The translations under genes and the position numbers were made by a program. Of a DNA stretch of 64,000 nucleotides, positions 1-8,614 are shown piece by piece. Origin of the DNA: Candidatus Krumholzibacteriota bacterium (lineage in GTDB: Bacteria; Krumholzibacteriota; Krumholzibacteriia; JAJRXK01). The stretch is from contig CAWDWO010000013.1 of the NCBI GenBank assembly GCA_963806035.1, positions 1-64,000 on the forward strand, written 5' to 3'. The notes beneath the pieces are model-generated. The model saw only the letters and a program-made list of their open reading frames with translations. It was not told the origin of the DNA and did no database searches. The stretch's first letter is position 1, and every line of letters begins with the position of its first letter.

Positions 1-93
1 AACGCTGGAACCCAGGTTTCCAGCGGGGTCTATTTTGTCCGGATGCTGGCAGACGGAAAGGATCTCAAGACGCGCGTCACGGTCGTGCGTTAA
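1..93 (+). CDS. 3' end of a secreted protein with an FlgD-Ig/T9SS-type C-terminal domain (partial)
   Basis: Manual translation NAGTQVSSGVYFVRMLADGKDLKTRVTVVR* shows the SGVYF...V-x-x-R ending. Confidence 0.8.
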   Translation, partial: NAGTQVSSGVYFVRMLADGKDLKTRVTVVR

Positions 94-105
94 CAGTAGG
101 AGCGA

Positions 106-132
106 CGGGTTGGGGTGCACATCCCCAACCCG
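106..132 (+). other. Intergenic hairpin
   Basis: CGGGTTGGGG-tgcacat-CCCCAACCCG; no U-tract follows. Confidence 0.6.
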
Positions 133-152
133 CGGTTCGAGGGAACGACATC

Positions 153-1304
153 ATGCGTAAGTCCATCCTCGCTATATTCAGCTTGGTACTACCACTCATC
201 CCGGCAGTGGTTTGGTCCAATACGATCACCGTAATGAAGGACGGTAGTGGGGATTACACCCTGCTGCAGCCAGCAGCGGATGCCGCTGCAGCGGGGGACA
301 CTCTCCTAATCGGACCCGGTCGCTACGAGGAAGTCACGGAGTTCTATTTCAACAGTGGAGTACGCCGAGATGCCCATCTTGTCGTGCGGGTGGACAATCT
401 CACGATTATGGGGATGGATCGTGATACTGTGATCATCGGTCCTCTGGTGCCCACCATCGCTCAGGGAGATCCGGTGGGATTGGTGGTCGCACAAAACGTC
501 AGTGTCACGCACATCGAGAAACTGACGTTTGAGAATACATGGTATGGCGTCTACTCCCTTGGTAATTTCTACGTTAGGAACTGTACGGCACGCTACTGTA
601 CAGGAGGATTTGGTGCGGAAGGACCGATCGATATCGAGAACAGCAGCATTTACGAAAATAGAGATGGTGTTCGCGGCTTCTACACAGCCGGCCTCATCCG
701 CATCAGCAATTGTGAGTTCACGGACAATTCTGGGGTAGCAATTAATCTCGCGACCCGACAGAGGGCCGAGGTTAGTGACACCCATATTGTGGGGGGAGGG
801 ACGGGGGTCCAGTTTGACAACTGTCCTGGATTTATAGAGAACTGTGTGATCGAGCATATGGCCTATGAAGGTATCATATTGACGGAGAGCGGTACGGTCG
901 TCACGGTGGCGGATAATACTCTTCGGGACAACGGTTGGCACTTTGATATCAACAGTTACGCGACAGTGGATCTTCACCAAAACCAACTCTTGGATTCACG
1001 GCTTTATGGAATCTGGATCCGCTCCCCCAGCACGGTGCATATCAATGCGAATGACTTGATCTCGCCGCAAGGATATTTAGCCTATTTAACAGGAGATTTA
1101 TTTGGCGCGATCAAACACTATGACTTTACGAACAACTACTGGGGCACAACTGATTCTACGGAAATCGCCGCGAGGATCTACGACAATCACGACGATACCC
1201 TAGAGCGAGGGATCGCAGATTTCACTCCCTTCGCGGGCGAGCCGGTCCCATCCGAGGGCACGAGCTTTGGGAAGCTTAAGGCCAAATTCCAGGGACAACA
1301 CTAG
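153..1304 (+). CDS. Secreted right-handed parallel beta-helix (NosD/pectin-lyase-like) protein
   Basis: Signal peptide; DGSGDY...GDTLLIGPGRY; beta-helix repeats; NNYWG motif; tail PVPSEGTSFGKLKAKF. Confidence 0.8.
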   Translation: MRKSILAIFSLVLPLIPAVVWSNTITVMKDGSGDYTLLQPAADAAAAGDTLLIGPGRYEEVTEFYFNSGVRRDAHLVVRVDNLTIMGMDRDTVIIGPLVPTIAQGDPVGLVVAQNVSVTHIEKLTFENTWYGVYSLGNFYVRNCTARYCTGGFGAEGPIDIENSSIYENRDGVRGFYTAGLIRISNCEFTDNSGVAINLATRQRAEVSDTHIVGGGTGVQFDNCPGFIENCVIEHMAYEGIILTESGTVVTVADNTLRDNGWHFDINSYATVDLHQNQLLDSRLYGIWIRSPSTVHINANDLISPQGYLAYLTGDLFGAIKHYDFTNNYWGTTDSTEIAARIYDNHDDTLERGIADFTPFAGEPVPSEGTSFGKLKAKFQGQH

Positions 1305-1359
1305 TGCGCTGCTGGTGTATTTGATCGAAGGTGTCTGATTTACGAAAGAGAGGTTTAGA

Positions 1360-2022
1360 ATGAAGCGACTCTTGTTACTGGGTACCATTTTGTTCTGCGC
1401 GACTACGTGGGTGAGGGGCGCGCTTTCACAAGAGATTGGGGCTTTTGCAGACGAAGCCGGAACACAGATTACTATAGACAGCCGCACAGGACTCACTCCT
1501 AATCCAGACCTCAACGACTGGCCTTCAGCAGTGGTTTGGGTCGTTGCGTACGATCTTCCCGAACTTTCTGGATTTGAATACAGGCTGACAAAGTCGGACG
1601 CAAGTGCCCTCGAAAGTACTCCAGTTTTCTATCCCTCCACTGCAATAGACTCTGGTACAAACGGTGACGTTAGAGTCAACACTGGAATCTGTTTTCAGCT
1701 AGGGAGTTCTGAGGCAGGACCAAACCCGGACGCGATCCGACTCGCCAAATACAAGTTCACCTGGGTTGTTCTGCCGAGCGTGGATGTGCTGTATTGCGTT
1801 GCACCATCGCAGGCTTCTGGAGCCAGCGCGCCACAATACACGGAGTGTGTGGATACCCCAACTCCTCTCGAATTCGCACTTATTCGAAACCAGTGCAGTA
1901 GTGTGCCAGCTGGATGTTGTAGGATTTTCTTTGAATACGACCCCTACGGGTTGCCGGTCAATCAGTGCATTCCAGTCCCAGTGGAATCATCGAGCTGGGG
2001 GAGCCTGAAAGCGGCGTACTAA
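1360..2022 (+). CDS. Secreted hypothetical protein
   Basis: GAGAGG RBS, signal peptide, Cys-rich, tail PVPVESSSWGSLKAAY. Confidence 0.8.
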   Translation: MKRLLLLGTILFCATTWVRGALSQEIGAFADEAGTQITIDSRTGLTPNPDLNDWPSAVVWVVAYDLPELSGFEYRLTKSDASALESTPVFYPSTAIDSGTNGDVRVNTGICFQLGSSEAGPNPDAIRLAKYKFTWVVLPSVDVLYCVAPSQASGASAPQYTECVDTPTPLEFALIRNQCSSVPAGCCRIFFEYDPYGLPVNQCIPVPVESSSWGSLKAAY

Positions 2023-2149
2023 GTCCAGAAACGATGCGATGGGCACCTTGAGATTTGCGTGCCGTGAATAGCGTGTTTTCCACTGGGGCCATACCTCGTT
2101 TCAAAGGAAATGGTGAGATCCAACTGCAAGCCTATCTCGTCAACTTGGC

Positions 2150-2214
2150 AACATAGAGCCTTTCGCTGAGCGTCACGAAAGGGGAGCCAACATCGTTCGT
2201 GACTCTCTACGAAA
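2150..2214. repeat. Palindromic element; its first 39 bp recur at 4132-4170
   Basis: TTTCGCTGAGCGTCACGAA...TTCGTGACTCTCTACGAAA imperfect inverted repeat; 35/39 identity to 4132-4170. Confidence 0.7.
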
Positions 2215-2304
2215 CTGGGAGTCCGGCTTAACAGAGCGCCCGGCCATCTCGGTCGGGCGTTGCTGTATCTGGCGATGTCGTTGTCGGATGTGCGATAGCA
2301 GGCG

Positions 2305-2826
2305 ATGCTCGGAATGTTCCACTCGGATGGCCAGCCGACCGCACTTGAGTTGGAGCTACGCGCATACGTCCATCGAGTTGCTCTCAGTGTCTCAGAGTCT
2401 CTGCATTTGGAAACTTCGTTACTTAACGGCAATCGGATGAGTATGGCTCCGAAGGTCCAGGTCGCCGTGGAGGCAATGGCGACCGGTGGAGCGTTTGCCA
2501 AGATGGGATCGGGTTCAGGGAGTGAGGTGACGGCTGGCAAGGAGAGCTACCAGACGGCCCTTCTCCCAGCAATCCCCAACCCGGCCAATCCGGTAACGGA
2601 TGTGCACTTTACCCTGGGTCAGCCTACAGAACTCGGGATTACGGTGTATAATCAGAGAGGACGGAGGGTGAAGCAGCTGTACCAGGGGAAACTCCCCGCA
2701 GGAGATCATCTGCTGAAGTGGAGAGGGCTGGATTCCACGGGCCATAGCGTGGCTAGCGGAATCTACTTCATCAAGATGACTCTTCCGGGTCAGACGTTCT
2801 CACAACGGGTAGCGATTGTGAGGTAG
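2305..2826 (+). pseudogene. FlgD-Ig/T9SS CTD protein fragment, probably 5'-truncated
   Basis: PNPANP...YNQRGRRV...W.G.D..G..VASGIYF...VAIVR. No signal peptide; in-frame TAG at 2296. Confidence 0.6.
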
Positions 2827-2836
2827 GGTCGATTCA

Positions 2837-2868
2837 TGGGGTGGAGGGAGCAGACTCCCTTCACCCCA
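2837..2868 (+). other. Intergenic hairpin
   Basis: TGGGGTGGAGGGAG-caga-CTCCCTTCACCCCA. Confidence 0.6.
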
Positions 2869-2898
2869 GCCGAGTACTGAGAAAGAAGACAGAGTGTC

Positions 2899-4071
2899 AT
2901 GAGAGCATCATACGGCCGCTATCTGACTTTAGGAGTCTTACTGCTGTTCTTCCAAGTCACCGGAGCACGGGCTAACACCTGGCATGTGGAGCGGGACGGG
3001 AGTGGAGACTTCCTGGATATCCCTTCTGCCATAGAGGCCTCCTCGGCAGGAGATACGATTCGAATTGGGCCAGGGCGGTTCACAGAGACTCTGTATTTCA
3101 ACTTCACTCCTAATTACGCGACGGATGTCTACATTCCAGTATCCGTAGACAGCCTGACAATTATTGGGGCCGGGATGGACGAGACGATTGTTGGACCCAC
3201 AACGCCGAACTTCGTTGGCGAGGGTCCCAAGGGTGTCGTCGCTCCTCTGGGAATCAGTCGTTTGCTTGTGCAGGACATGACAGTAGAGAATGTGAAACAC
3301 GGAGCCTACTTTGGCGGGCGCAGTGATCTCAAGAACATGAGGATGCAATACTGTGATATCGGAGCCTGGGAATTCACTGTGGGGGCGCAAGTGGATTCCT
3401 GTGAGTTTCGGGATAACTATGATGGAATCAACACTGGAGATGGGTGTGCGCATCTCGCAATCGCAAAGTGCCATTTTGTTGACAACAACGAAGGGGTTGC
3501 TGTCAATCGCACGCAGGATGTCGAGGTGGACAGTTGTCACTTTGAAGCTACCCATTGGACAACTGGAGGAATTCAATACTCGGACAGCTCTACAGGAGTG
3601 GTTCACGATTGTACCTTCACTGGAACTCAGGACGGGGTATCGATACGTTCAACCTCCGACGTTACTCTTGAGAGAAATGACTTCCATGGCCAGGAATACT
3701 CGCTATTTGTCTATGATGGTTCAATTGTGCGTGGCTCGAAGAACGTCTTTCGAGGGAGTTACACAGCCGTACGCTTCGAAACAACCAGCACAGCATATCT
3801 GAGTGGCAATCACATTCTTAAGTCCGGCCGGTGGGCAGCATATTGCAGAGGCTTCAATCTCTACGCGGTCGACATCGATCTACGCAACAACTACTGGGGA
3901 ACCGACAGCGCAGATAGCATCTCGGCCTGGATTTTCGACGGGAACGATCCCCAAGACCCGTTCTACGAGCCGAACTTCTCCAACGTGCTATACCAGCCGT
4001 TTTCCCCACTGCCCGTCGAAGCAATGGAATCGAGTGTCAGTAGCTTGAAGGCACAATTTCAGCGCAAGTGA
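2899..4071 (+). CDS. Secreted right-handed parallel beta-helix protein (paralog of 153-1304)
   Basis: Signal peptide; DGSGDF...GDTIRIGPGRF; NNYWGTDS; tail PVEAMESSVSSLKAQF. Confidence 0.8.
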   Translation: MRASYGRYLTLGVLLLFFQVTGARANTWHVERDGSGDFLDIPSAIEASSAGDTIRIGPGRFTETLYFNFTPNYATDVYIPVSVDSLTIIGAGMDETIVGPTTPNFVGEGPKGVVAPLGISRLLVQDMTVENVKHGAYFGGRSDLKNMRMQYCDIGAWEFTVGAQVDSCEFRDNYDGINTGDGCAHLAIAKCHFVDNNEGVAVNRTQDVEVDSCHFEATHWTTGGIQYSDSSTGVVHDCTFTGTQDGVSIRSTSDVTLERNDFHGQEYSLFVYDGSIVRGSKNVFRGSYTAVRFETTSTAYLSGNHILKSGRWAAYCRGFNLYAVDIDLRNNYWGTDSADSISAWIFDGNDPQDPFYEPNFSNVLYQPFSPLPVEAMESSVSSLKAQFQRK

Positions 4072-4131
4072 TCGACGGAATACTGATTTCCGGAAACAAC
4101 ACTCGGAAACAGAAAGACTAGTCAACCCCCG

Positions 4132-4170
4132 AACATAGACGCTTTCGCTGAGAGTCACGAACGGGGAGCC
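4132..4170. repeat. Second copy of the 39-bp element at 2150-2188
   Basis: AACATAGACGCTTTCGCTGAGAGTCACGAACGGGGAGCC. Confidence 0.7.
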
Positions 4171-4196
4171 GGAATCTGCTTAGGAAAATGCGATCC

Positions 4197-4361
4197 GAGG
4201 GCGCCTTTTCACGAACTCGAGGCTTCGCTGTGCGGAAAGAGTAGGAAAGGGCCCTCCATGTGAGCGGAGTGGCGGTTCCGCGCGCTTTGGCGCGGCTAAG
4301 CCACGAGCTCAGATGGAGGGCCTTTACCCTCTCAGGGCACAGAAACGCCGCTCCGTTCGTG
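4197..4361. repeat. Structured 165-bp direct repeat, copy 1
   Basis: Differs from 5644-5809 by one substitution and one T indel; contains nested inverted repeats. Confidence 0.95.
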
Positions 4362-4388
4362 CGAAGGAGAGCCTTTCTCACCTGACCA

Positions 4389-4403
4389 TGGCATAGCTTT
4401 TGC
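4389..4403 (+). promoter_or_regulatory. Sigma54 -24/-12 promoter
   Basis: TGGCAT-AGCTT-TTGC with GG-N10-GC spacing, 47 bp upstream of ATG 4451. Confidence 0.65.
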
Positions 4404-4450
4404 GGGCCTTTGCAGTGGCTCCTACGCTCCTTTTCGAGGAGGCACCCGCC

Positions 4451-5645
4451 ATGCTGCGCTCGATATCTCACTTGCTGGTGATTGCAGCGATTGGGCTGAT
4501 CGCTTTCCTGGGCTTCGGCTGTAGTCACGAAGAGAATGCGCCGCTTGCACCCGCCGAAGTGGTGACCCCTCCGCGAGATCCCGAAAGTTTGACGATCGAA
4601 AACGCGCAGCTCGTTTGCGATGCGGTGGACGCATGGATCGCAGGAAACGATTCGCTGAGATTTCCAACGGACTTGGCAGATCGCAATGAAAATGGGAAGA
4701 CCATCGTGGATTTGCTGCCCGATGGCCAACTGCTGCTCAATCCGTACAGCGAGGAGCGGAGTGAGCCGCAAAGCTCGAAATGGCCACCGGAACCAGGGGC
4801 TATCTACTACTCGATGCAGGGACCGGAGGTCTACGATTCGTGGGGCTATGGCGTCTACGCCTATGGCTCCGACGGATTGCTTTGGGAGAAAGAGATTCGC
4901 AAGGTTGACAGGGACGAGGCGGAACGCCAGCACCCTCGTAAATCTGGTAATCGTGTGGATTGCCATCGAGGACTGGGCACGGGAGAACGGGGGAATGTAT
5001 CCGAGATGGTTCTTCGAACTCAACCATGCCGGACATACGCCCGCGGACCTACTTCCTGATGGTCACCTGCTTGAGAACCCCTTTACGCGCAGTGACACCG
5101 AGCCCAGCGTGCAGGCTGCTGCTGGATTGTGGGCAATGGCTCCTGCCGATGGCGCCAATCCAGGAGAGATCGCCTACACGGGTCTGCAATCAGAGATGGG
5201 TACGGCCGCGGGGTATTGGATCCAGGCGAGCGACAGACACCTGAACTACTTCTACATGATCGCACACGATGACCGCTGCGATACTCCGTTCAACCTCGAG
5301 CGCTTCGCGGCACAGCAGCAAGACTTCGAGCTCTACACCCTCTCGTACGCACTGTCCGTGCGCGAAGCCGTGCGAGCATGGAGCGCCGAGAACGACGGTG
5401 GATATCCGGCCAAACTGATTACGGCGAATCGCCTGGGCCACACGGTGGTGGACCTCTTGCCCGACGGCATGCGCCTGCCCAACGTCTATACCAGGGCTGC
5501 AAGCGAGCCCCGTGACGGTGGGGCGACGGCATCGGGTCAGATCGGCTACCGCGGAATCGGTGGCGGCGCGAACCCCTCCAACTACCGCATCGAGGCCTAC
5601 GGCAATCAGGGCGTAATCTGGAGCTACCATTCGGACCACATTTGA
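4451..5645 (+). pseudogene. Lipoprotein with three tandem pilin/pseudopilin-like domains; frameshift near 4930
   Basis: GAGGAGG RBS; lipobox GFGC; three repeats of W..N...(F/Y)P...N..G.T..DLLPDG..L.N.(Y/F)....EP split across two frames. Confidence 0.7.
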
Positions 5646-5809
5646 GGGCGCCTTTTCACGAACTCGAAGCTTCGCTGTGCGGAAAGAGTAGGAAAGGGCC
5701 CTCCATGTGAGCGGAGTGGCGGTTCCGCGCGCTTTGGCGCGGCTAAGCCACGAGCTCAGATGGAGGGCCTTTTACCCTCTCAGGGCACAGAAACGCCGCT
5801 CCGTTCGTG
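5644..5809. repeat. Structured 166-bp direct repeat, copy 2
   Basis: Overlaps the upstream stop codon; outer arms TGAGGGCGCC (5643-5652) and GGCGCCCTCA (5814-5823). Confidence 0.95.
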
Positions 5810-5889
5810 TAACGGCGCCCTCATACGCTGTCTTGTTGCGTACCCGAACTCCCTTATACTCTTCCAAGGACCTCCAACCGGGAGTTGCC

Positions 5890-6309
5890 ATGCGGCAGGA
5901 GCTCACCGAGTTCACGCTCAGCACACAGGGCAAGCAGATGCTCGACTTCAGCGACGAAGTGCGCGCGTGGGTGAAGTCCACGGGGATCGAGCAGGGTCTG
6001 CTCACCCTGCAGATCCGGCACACTTCGGCCTCGCTTCTGGTGCAGGAGAACTACGACCCCACCGTGCAGTCCGATTTCGAGCGCTTCCTGGCGCGGCTGG
6101 TTCCCGACGGGGATCCCATCTTCCGGCACACCGCCGAGGGCCCGGACGACATGCCCGCTCACGTCCGCAGCGCGCTCACCAGCACCACCCTCAGTCTGCC
6201 GGTCGCCGATGGCGCACCCACCCTGGGCACCTGGCAGGGCATCTACCTCTGTGAGCACCGTTCGCAGGGACACACCCGGCGCGTCAGCGCGCACCTCCTT
6301 GGAGAGTGA
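5890..6309 (+). CDS. yjbQ: YjbQ/UPF0047 family protein
   Basis: HTSASL..QEN.DP, EGPDDMPAH, LGTWQGIYLCEHR. Confidence 0.9.
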   Translation: MRQELTEFTLSTQGKQMLDFSDEVRAWVKSTGIEQGLLTLQIRHTSASLLVQENYDPTVQSDFERFLARLVPDGDPIFRHTAEGPDDMPAHVRSALTSTTLSLPVADGAPTLGTWQGIYLCEHRSQGHTRRVSAHLLGE

Positions 6310-6312
6310 TCG

Positions 6313-7491
6313 ATGAAGGCCCAGGACCACGGGCTTTCGCGGCAGGAGATGCGTCGCTACGGACGCCATCTCGTCCTGCCCGAAGTCGGACTCGAAGGAC
6401 AAAACAAGCTCAAGGCCAGCAGCGTCCTCGTGGTCGGAGCGGGGGGACTCGGTTCTCCGCTTTCCATCTACCTGGCCGCGGCCGGAGTGGGACGCATCGG
6501 ACTCGTCGACTTCGACACGGTGGAGATCTCCAACCTGCAACGGCAGATTCTCTACACCGACGAGGATCTCGGTCACGCCAAGCTCGACGCCGCGGTCCAG
6601 CATCTTCAGGGCATCAACCCGAACGTGCAGTTCGTCAAACACTCAGTCCGGCTCTCGCGCGACAACGCGATGGAGATCCTGCAGGACTACGATCTCGTCG
6701 CCGACGGTTCGGACAATTTCGCCACCCGCTACCTGGTGAACGACGCCTGCGTGTTCCTGAAAAAACCGAACGTTCATTCCAGCATTCTGCGCTTCGAGGG
6801 ACAGGCCTCGGTGTTCTGGACCGGTCACGGACCCTGCTACCGCTGCCTCTTCCCCGATCCACCACCACCCGGAATGGTCGAGTCCTGCGCCGAGGGCGGG
6901 GTGCTCGGGGTGTTGCCGGGCATCATGGGCTCGATCCAGGGGATGGAGGTGATCAAGCTGATTCTCGGGATCGGGAGTCCCCTGATCGGGCGGATGCTCC
7001 TCTTTGATGGCTTGCAGATGAACGTGCGAACCCTCAAGCTACGACGCGATCCGCAGTGTCCGGTGTGTGGAGACGATCCGCGGATCACCGAGCTACTCGA
7101 CTACGATTCGATCTGTGGAATGCCGGCAGAAGCGAAGGAGCCCGAGTCAAACTTGGCGCAATCCTCCGGACCCCACGCCGACATTTCGGTGGATGAGTTG
7201 TTCGAGCGGCGGAAGGGTGAAAACCCGCCCTTGGTGTTGGACGTGCGGGAACCCCAGGAGCTGGAGATCTGCATGCTCGAAGGAGCAGTACACATCCCCC
7301 TGGGACAGCTCGAGGCGCGCGTCGCCGAACTCGATCCGCGGCGCGAGACGGTTTTACTGTGTCACCACGGAATCCGCAGCGCGCACGCGGCGGCCTATCT
7401 CCGCCGCACCGGTTTCATCAACGCGCGGAACCTGGTGGGGGGGATCGAAGCCTGGGCACAACGCATCGATCCCGCGATGGCTCGTTATTAG
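6313..7491 (+). CDS. moeB: Molybdopterin-synthase adenylyltransferase with C-terminal rhodanese (MoeB/MoeZ)
   Basis: RYGRH, GAGGLG, SNLQRQ, CYRC, CPVC; rhodanese CHHGIRS. Confidence 0.93.
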   Translation: MKAQDHGLSRQEMRRYGRHLVLPEVGLEGQNKLKASSVLVVGAGGLGSPLSIYLAAAGVGRIGLVDFDTVEISNLQRQILYTDEDLGHAKLDAAVQHLQGINPNVQFVKHSVRLSRDNAMEILQDYDLVADGSDNFATRYLVNDACVFLKKPNVHSSILRFEGQASVFWTGHGPCYRCLFPDPPPPGMVESCAEGGVLGVLPGIMGSIQGMEVIKLILGIGSPLIGRMLLFDGLQMNVRTLKLRRDPQCPVCGDDPRITELLDYDSICGMPAEAKEPESNLAQSSGPHADISVDELFERRKGENPPLVLDVREPQELEICMLEGAVHIPLGQLEARVAELDPRRETVLLCHHGIRSAHAAAYLRRTGFINARNLVGGIEAWAQRIDPAMARY

Positions 7492-7503
7492 GAGGCTTGA
7501 GAG

Positions 7504-7968
7504 ATGGCAAAGCGGCACCTGCTTCGAAACGTGTTCCTCGCACTCGTGGTCCTGCTCGTGCTTGCGCAGTTCATCCGGCCGGACCTGAGCAATCCGCCGG
7601 CGCCGGATTCCAACGACATGATCCACCTCGTCTCACCTCCTCCAGAAGTGGCCAGCATGCTGCAGCGCTCGTGCTATGATTGCCACAGTCACCGCACCCG
7701 CTGGCCCTGGTACGCCCACGTGGCCCCGGCCTCCTGGCTGGTGACGCACGACGTGAACGAGGCGCGTCACCACATGAACTTCTCGCTCTGGGGCGACTAC
7801 ACCCAGGGGGCGGCGCGCCACAAGCTCCAGGAGGCCCAGGAACAGATTCACGAGGGTGAAATGCCGCTCTGGTATTATCTTCCGCTGCACCCGAAGGCGC
7901 GTCTCAGCGCGGCTGAGAAGGCGGCGTTCCAATCCTGGGTGGACAGCCTGACCGCGAATAAAGAGTGA
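7504..7968 (+). CDS. Heme-binding domain protein (c-type cytochrome, Haem_bd-like)
   Basis: SCYDCHS, WPWY..VAP.SW, GEMP..YY..H. Confidence 0.85.
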   Translation: MAKRHLLRNVFLALVVLLVLAQFIRPDLSNPPAPDSNDMIHLVSPPPEVASMLQRSCYDCHSHRTRWPWYAHVAPASWLVTHDVNEARHHMNFSLWGDYTQGAARHKLQEAQEQIHEGEMPLWYYLPLHPKARLSAAEKAAFQSWVDSLTANKE

Positions 7969-7981
7969 AAATTAGGGCCCG

Positions 7982-8614
7982 ATGAACCCCAAGGCGCACG
8001 ACGCACATTCCAGTTCCAGCCCCGAAAGCGGCCCCGCGACGCCCTCCGATGAGTGGACGCGCGAGGAGCTGGAGGGAGTGCGCCGTCGCGATCCCCAGGC
8101 GCTGGAGCGCTTTTTCGAGCGTAGCTTCGATTCGATCTACGGGCTGAGTTTTCGCCTTTTGTCGGACCGTACGGCGGCCGAGGACGCCACCCAGGAGGTG
8201 TTCCTGAAGATCCACCGGGCGGCGCACCGCATCGACCCGCAGCGCGATCCGACCCCCTGGATCCTGACCATCACCACCAACGTGTGCCGCGATCTTTTCC
8301 GCTCCAGCGGTCACAAGATGAGCAAAGCATCCGTTTCTATTGATGAGGAACCCGAACTGGGGGCCTCACTGGTGCGTGAGACCTCGACCCCGGAGGCGGA
8401 ACTTCTGCAGAAGGAGCAACAGAGCCAGGTCCAGGCCGCCATTGGCCGGCTGCCGGAGGCTCTGCGGGAAGTGATCGTGCTCCACGACTATCAGGGACTG
8501 GGACATCAAGAAATCGCGGAGATCGTCAAGGTGAGCTACGGCGCGGTCCGCAAGCGGTACTCGCGCGCGCTCAGCGCACTGGGGGAAATTCTCGAGGAAA
8601 TTGCGGATGAGTAA
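7982..8614 (+). CDS. ECF RNA polymerase sigma-70 factor
   Basis: AEDATQEVFLKI (region 2) and a region 4 HTH. Confidence 0.92.
   Translation: MNPKAHDAHSSSSPESGPATPSDEWTREELEGVRRRDPQALERFFERSFDSIYGLSFRLLSDRTAAEDATQEVFLKIHRAAHRIDPQRDPTPWILTITTNVCRDLFRSSGHKMSKASVSIDEEPELGASLVRETSTPEAELLQKEQQSQVQAAIGRLPEALREVIVLHDYQGLGHQEIAEIVKVSYGAVRKRYSRALSALGEILEEIADE

Noticed and set aside
4197..5823. Canonical integron attC sites
   Set aside because: AAC/GTT are present, but the boxes do not fit RYYYAAC/GTTRRRY, and no intI is in the window.
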